NCBI GenBank assembly: GCA_034226945.1
Contig: CP120463.1
Location: 186,001 to 250,000 of the forward strand
Reading direction: 5' to 3'
Origin: Picochlorum sp. SENEW3
Taxonomy: Eukaryota
DNA: 64,000 bases
The translations under genes were made by a program, and so were the position numbers. The stretch's first letter is position 1. Each line of letters starts with the position of its first letter. Shown in pieces: positions 58,003 to 64,000 of the stretch. The notes beneath the pieces are model-generated. The model worked only from the letters and a program-made list of their open reading frames with translations. It searched no databases and was not told the DNA's origin.

Positions 58003-59873
58003 TTACTCGGACTGTTTAAGGGCAGCGTCAATTGCTTCTACGAGCGGTTTGACGATTTTGGCAATATAAATTTGCAGTACATGTGAACCAGGCTGGGACT
58101 TCAGGTGGGCGACCAGGGCTTCACGCTGCTGTGACAAATGGTTTCTGAAGCGTCCCACCTTTTCCTTACCGCTTGCAGAAGTCTTCCAATATTCGGACCA
58201 GAAATGACGAAGTAATTCGTTCGTTTTCAGTGCCTCGAGCCTGAAAAATTCCACCATGACAGACCCCATGGATTCTTCTGGTCCAATGATTGCGGCAGAA
58301 ATTCCAGATCCCCCGAATTCTCGAACGACGGATTCATTATCTGCCATTGAGAATTCTTCTAGTACGCGTACAGCAGAATTGACGTAATATGGTGCTTCGA
58401 AAAGCTCATTAGACTGTATGGCCAAGTCCTGTTTCTGGGGACCCTGCTCCTGGAGGTCTGTTCGTTCCAAGTCGTGGGCTACTGCAGCACTCTCATTCAT
58501 TCTTCGAAACACAGATTTATCACTAATATTAAGAGGAAGATTGTCACGAGCCTTCACTCCGCGCAGGTCTTCCAAGTCAGAGGAAGCTCGCACTTTCCAA
58601 ATCTCATCACCAGAAGATGACACAGTAGCATTCAGATGCTTTTTACGGGCAGCTTCAACATGCACTGCCATCGAGACTGATGACTCATTCTCATTCACAG
58701 CATCACCCATAGGGCCGTCAAGTACATGAAGCGAGTGTCTATTGAGATCATTGGCCAGGGTATGAGCAGCTCGACTCCCATCCTCCCTACCCACACCACC
58801 AACTGCTGTTGTAACAGGCGTCTCTTCTGTACGGGAAGAGCCCGCACCAAGCGATCTTGCTCCTCCACCCCAACGGTCTCCATACTCTGCAAATAAATTC
58901 AGGGTTGGGTCGACATTGTTCAGCTTTGACTGAGCAAGCCTTGCCTCTTCCTCAAGAATGTGCTGCCGAAATGGGGCAAAAATATCATCCTTGTCTTCTG
59001 CTTGGTCCTGACTCGAAGAAAATATTTTCCCACTCGTTGCAATATTCTTCCTGCATCGTACAAGGATCGACAAACAATCAATCAATCAATCATGAGACAT
59101 TTGTATACACACACACAAACCCCATACCTGCGAGCTGCCTGCTTGTATTCTAATTTGAAATATTTCTGCCAGAATGCCTCTTCCGTCATAGAATGAGGCA
59201 CATACGTCACAAAAGCTCTATTTACCTCTGGTTTCTCTTGAAATATTCGCTGAATATCATGCGGAGTCAGATGAATATTAACCTTTTCCGTCTTCCCATC
59301 ATGTAGCTTTTCAACCTCATGCATTACAGATGACAGTCCGATTCGTTTTCCAACATGCCTCCCCGACCCACCTTTCTCTTTCAGATGCATTGACCAGAAC
59401 TCTGATTCCGTCAAGATACCCGTGGGCACAAACTGATTATAAAGCAGCTGCAAATCTTTGTTCTTTGCAAACAATGCATCTCTCTCTGCCGCCTTTGGAC
59501 CACCTGCTGTTCGTTCTACCCCTTGACGCTGCTTCAAATACTCTAAGACATCATTCTTATCATTCTCGGTAGAGAATGCAAGCCCCAAAGGAGGTCCATC
59601 GCTCAGTATTCGCAAGAAAGGCTTTCCAGTCACTTGCTGCTGTTCTGAAACACACACCATACCATCACAATATGTATTCATAGGTCACAGAAACACGCAC
59701 ACAGACATACTCTTTATTGAATCTAATAGGATGACACATTCGGAACAGGCATTTGTATCATCAGGCCTCCAGACTAGCCGAGAGTCTGTCACTGTCAACG
59801 TCCCAGGCACATCATCTTGGCCTTTGCGCAACTTTTTTGCACTCTTAGACAGTACAATTGATTCATCAACCAT
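58003..59873 (-). CDS. TFB1: TFIIH subunit p62/TFB1 (PH plus BSD domains), 3 exons
   Basis: PH-like PGTLTVT..LVW, BSD motifs LTESEFW and MTEEAFWQKYF, DLNRHS..VL, NELLRHFW. Confidence 0.85.
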
Positions 59874-60001
59874 GATGAGAAAAAATACACCCTGTTGACC
59901 CCCGCGAAGGCACGCAGTAGCGCGTATCAAGTGTTCTCAGCGTTGAATTGATCCAGCCATGCAATGGACAGGTCTCTAATCACTATTCTCGCCTCATATC
60001 C

Positions 60002-61801
60002 TTACAGATTCTCTTCAACATGACAAATATTTGATTCAATAATTTTAATTTGATTTTCCAAGTATATTCTACAGAAGGCAGCGCTCATCCTCCACTGCAA
60101 AGGTACCTTTGACAGGGCCTCATCAAACCGACGCATGGCACCCTGTAGTGGTTCTAGTATTCCTTGCAATGCTGTCAATGCCATCTCCATGGCATGTTTC
60201 TCATTATCTTGGCCTATTGGTCCTACCAATGGGTCTATATCTCCTCGTTTGATGCATTCCAACTCATCAGGGGTTGAGACGATGATGCGGAGGCATGCCT
60301 TTAGTTTGGAGGAGAGTGGGCCATGGCGAAGATTATGGTCTAGCGTCACTCCAATCCGTTGCAACGCTTGTTCAACCTCCTCGCGGTACGATGGTATCTC
60401 AAGAGTCAATGAAAGAATATCGTGAGGGTTGTCTGCAATGGAAAATCCATAATAGGTGATCAACTTGAGATTGGGAACGGCCCCATAGCTGATGAATGCT
60501 TGCTCTCCCTGGTTGACTGGCCGAAATGCTGGATACTTGAGAACACCTTCTTTCTGATCGACTCGACCATACCGCACAACATGTGGCCATGGTGAGTGGT
60601 TTACAAGGCAAGCAAAGGGCACCATGACAGTCTTGCTCATGGTATGAGGTGGGAATTCAATCTCGAATGCATAGGAATACCACAACTCCACTGCCCACAC
60701 GTATCTATCGTACGTGAACATATCTCGTGTCAGGTATTTCGGGTATGCTGTGACGAGAGCATCAAATAATGGAGCGCACGCATCGTATTGGTCCCGAATA
60801 TGCTTTTGTGCCTTTTGAATTTCATTAAACGCAGCAGATCCCTCCAACAGATTCAGCACACTCTCATGAAATGATATCCCAGTCTTGAAAGCATCGGGAA
60901 GTTCGTTCCAAAATGGTTTCCACGCACTATCATCATCAAATCTATCAATCATTGTAAAGATGATGAGAATATTGTCAATAGATACATCAGGAATCACAGA
61001 CAACATGGCACCCACATCAGTCTTAAGCACCGTTTCATCATACAATAAAACATCAACAGGAATCTTCAACACATCTTCTCCTATATGAATATCATCCATA
61101 GCAACACACCCTTGTATACCACCTTCACATTCTGCTGGAATCACGCGCGACTCAATCCTATTGTCCTTCAAGGCCCACGCAAGAAATGCTTCTCTTGACG
61201 CCTGCCTTGGCGCTGTGCTGCTATCCCCCTCCATCTCACTAGAGGAGGCATGTATACATGATACAATGTCACGGTTTCCGAACGAATTAAGCTCCCCCGT
61301 GTTCAGTTCGTTCCACACAGACTCAGCACACAACCCATTCACATACTCCAGCAGGGCAAGCAATCCATGCTCGCGCTCCGCATCCTCGCCCATACTACTA
61401 TGAATGCAGTGCTGTATAAGACTCAACGCAGCTGCTTCATTCCTATGATTTAATGGACGCCGCAACTCGCTTGCACTCTCTAAGAAGTACACCTCATCTT
61501 TGGTCAAGCAAAAGACTCGAGCAGCTTGCAACACACGCTTCTTCTCTTCATCAGCGTCTTCTTTACGAGCATCAACATCAACATCTACTCCATCCTGACG
61601 GCCAGAAGCATCGTAATCGTAATAATAACTCGACCCTGCATCGGCAGTTGCATGCTCATTCTTCTGATCCGAATTGGAATCATCCTCACGATACGGAATC
61701 CCTAATTCTTTTAATAGATGTGTCTTATCTTCTGTGAATGGGCCAATCCTGACAAGTATTTGAACGTCAGGAGACGAAGCATGTTGTTGTATTGCACTCA
61801 T
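60002..61801 (-). CDS. SET-domain lysine methyltransferase, Rubisco-LSMT/SETD3-like
   Basis: MVPFACLVNH, GEQAFISYG, NLKLITYYGF..NPHD, LSMT substrate-binding region. Confidence 0.88.
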   Translation of the reverse strand: MSAIQQHASSPDVQILVRIGPFTEDKTHLLKELGIPYREDDSNSDQKNEHATADAGSSYYYDYDASGRQDGVDVDVDARKEDADEEKKRVLQAARVFCLTKDEVYFLESASELRRPLNHRNEAAALSLIQHCIHSSMGEDAEREHGLLALLEYVNGLCAESVWNELNTGELNSFGNRDIVSCIHASSSEMEGDSSTAPRQASREAFLAWALKDNRIESRVIPAECEGGIQGCVAMDDIHIGEDVLKIPVDVLLYDETVLKTDVGAMLSVIPDVSIDNILIIFTMIDRFDDDSAWKPFWNELPDAFKTGISFHESVLNLLEGSAAFNEIQKAQKHIRDQYDACAPLFDALVTAYPKYLTRDMFTYDRYVWAVELWYSYAFEIEFPPHTMSKTVMVPFACLVNHSPWPHVVRYGRVDQKEGVLKYPAFRPVNQGEQAFISYGAVPNLKLITYYGFSIADNPHDILSLTLEIPSYREEVEQALQRIGVTLDHNLRHGPLSSKLKACLRIIVSTPDELECIKRGDIDPLVGPIGQDNEKHAMEMALTALQGILEPLQGAMRRFDEALSKVPLQWRMSAAFCRIYLENQIKIIESNICHVEENL

Positions 61802-62053
61802 ATTCGATCTGTGGTACTCGATACTCCATGCATTGTTCCAAATAATACTCTCATAATAAAATAGTACTCTAGTATACTACTATACACATGCGTCAAGACA
61901 TGTCGATATCTTGATTCATCGAGGAAGAATAAGTCCGTAAAAGAAACAATAAAACAAGACCCTCACCTCCCGAATGGTACGTCTAGACCATACACAACGT
62001 GGACTGTGTACGGGCTATTTCGCATTATTTGTGTTTAAATCCACGTATTACGC

Positions 62054-63219
62054 ATGGATCAACATCAGCCGGGCAGTTCTGCTCGGCGACTCGTCAGGGA
62101 TGGTTTTCAAAAACTGACTCTGCAGAGTAGAATTCTGGGACTTGTTTTGCTAACTGGATACGCATTGGTCTTTCTATCTCAAAATGTATTTCATAGTAGT
62201 GCGGTTGTAGATAATCTCGGATTGGTCGCTGGTAGAACGATACCCTTCGGGTACAACGTGGTTACATATGCTTTTGTGGAGGACTCTTTCCTCTCGGTGC
62301 GTTGTTGTTGTTGCTGTTGTTCTCCTTCTCATGATCTCGGTGCTGATGGTGGTCCTTATGCAGTTGTTATGGACGCTGCCGACAGCAGTCTTTATCGTCC
62401 ACGCGCTGGACCCTATTCAAGGGTCCCAGGGAACAGGAAAGATTATTCTCGTGACAGTGGCAGCTTCAGGTATCCTCACATTCATCACCCTATCCATGAC
62501 GTATTATATCCTTATTGTAAGCGGGATGGGCGATGGAGATGACGCGAGCATGCTCTACACCCCTCTCTGTGGATTCCAGGGTGCCATTTCTGGGCTGATT
62601 GTTGCCCTCAAGCAGGCAATACCCGAGAGCGATGTGACATTGGCAACATCCATCAGATTCAAAATGAAATATGCACCATTAATATATATAGTAGGGGTAT
62701 CGCTGGTATCGCTGGTGTCCGGTATGATGCTAAAATATGTGCCGTTTGTTGTCTTTGGATGGTATGCTGCATGGCTCTACCTGAGGCACTTTCACCGAAT
62801 GCCTGACAGCGGGTTGTACGGAGACCCGTCTGATCAATTTAGATTCGCATCTTTTTTCCCAGAAAGGATGCAGCCTGCTGTGAACGTGATTGCATCCGCA
62901 TGCTATGTGATGTTCAAGGTTGGCTTATGGGGCAGACCAAGACAGTCCGCATCAAACAAACCCATGGAAGAAACATCTTGGGGTTCTGAGAGTGCCGTTG
63001 ATGCTGCAAGGAGAAGGTATGTGATTCATTCAGTTTGTGCATGTATATTTACATAGTTGAATGCGAGGCATGCACCATGTATGCATGTATATAATCCTTG
63101 TATGAGTGTGTGTGTGTAGGGAACGAGGGATGAAGGCGCTCGAGGAACGATTGAATTTGAATTCCTCCGAAGATGCAATGGAGACTGGTGCTAATGCAAG
63201 GAATGATGAAGGCACTTGA
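62054..63219 (+). CDS. TMEM115/DUF1751 rhomboid-like membrane protein, 3 exons
   Basis: CGFQG..VALKQAIPE, WLYLRHF, GDPSDQFRFASFFPE, DAARRR|ERGMKALEERL. Confidence 0.85.
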
Positions 63220-63423
63220 TGGAGATTCTGTCACATACTCACACATGTGTGTGTGGACAACAACAACAACAACAAGATTTGAATTTGAATTTTGAAATTG
63301 AATCTGACAATGAGACTGGTGCCAATGCAACGTGATGCATACAAAGACATGCGAATACGCATTCATTGTAATTTATAGATGGATATATAGCGATTGATAG
63401 TGACAATCGATGGCCGAGTGGCG

Positions 63424-64000
63424 ATGAATGGTAGTTTGGAACGTCACGAGACCGAGAGGTACTTGGATCCTTGGGACACCTTTGGATTCGTTCCTGATGA
63501 ATCTCGAATAGAAGTAAAATGGTTTATAGGCGCATCAGCAGAAACAGAGGTGGTACGGTGTTTGAATACTGCAAACAATGTCGAGTAGAAGATTCATCAT
63601 TTTTTCAAAGTTCAAAGAAGAATATATATACCTGCCATGGTGATATCTGTCATATATCCTTATTTTATTAATAGTAATATCAATGTATATTGTATGCAGT
63701 GGTGGAAAGCAACGGTGAAAAGGTGTTCAGCAACAGAGTTGGTAGGACCGGTCGTTGAGCTTGTGTATGATGCGTTGCCAGAGCATGGTTTTGAATCCCA
63801 AGAGGTGTGCAGAGCACGGTTTGTGAGTAAATGTGTTCTTGAGCATGTGGAGGATGGGATACAGGGGGAGATGGTGTGGAGATGCGAAGGAGATGATGAT
63901 GATGGTGATGAGCATGCACCTGCCTTGGATGTGATTCGTCACACGCTCTCTCGGGAGATTGAGAATCATCCAAGTCACGTGCAGCGTGTGCTGGCTGATA
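63424..64000 (+). CDS. Partial gene with a Tudor-like N-terminus, running off the window
   Basis: Exon 63424-63552 (RIEVKW) spliced via GTACGG..TGCAG to an open frame from 63700 (WWKATV..LVYD). Confidence 0.55.

Noticed and set aside
1..64000. CRISPR arrays, transposases, viral inserts, rRNA or tRNA genes
   Set aside because: None seen by eye.

Overview
Gene-dense, intron-poor nuclear DNA from a green alga. Short GT-AG introns (GTACGT/GTATGT donors, TGCAG acceptors), TGTAA poly(A) signals, nuclear rbcS, plastid FtsH2, PsbP-domain and NDA2-like genes, and very short intergenic gaps suggest a compact trebouxiophyte such as Picochlorum (taxon is inference). About 35 protein genes can be modelled. 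Two regions stand out. (1) Bases 1-720 have no credible ORF. They hold a complete RNase MRP RNA between two box C/D snoRNAs whose guides match conserved 18S rRNA methylation sites, with a possible 3' splice acceptor downstream, so MRP appears to sit inside a snoRNA cluster. (2) At 10.8-13.7 kb an intronless, divergent, bacterial-type acetoin pathway pair (acetolactate decarboxylase plus catabolic acetolactate synthase) lies between LUC7 and ATG3. The decarboxylase carries an N-terminal ribbon-helix-helix-like segment, and both genes have algal poly(A) signals. Many convergent genes nearly touch, and some poly(A) signals fall inside the neighbour's coding sequence. All calls come from reading motifs by eye; no searches were run.
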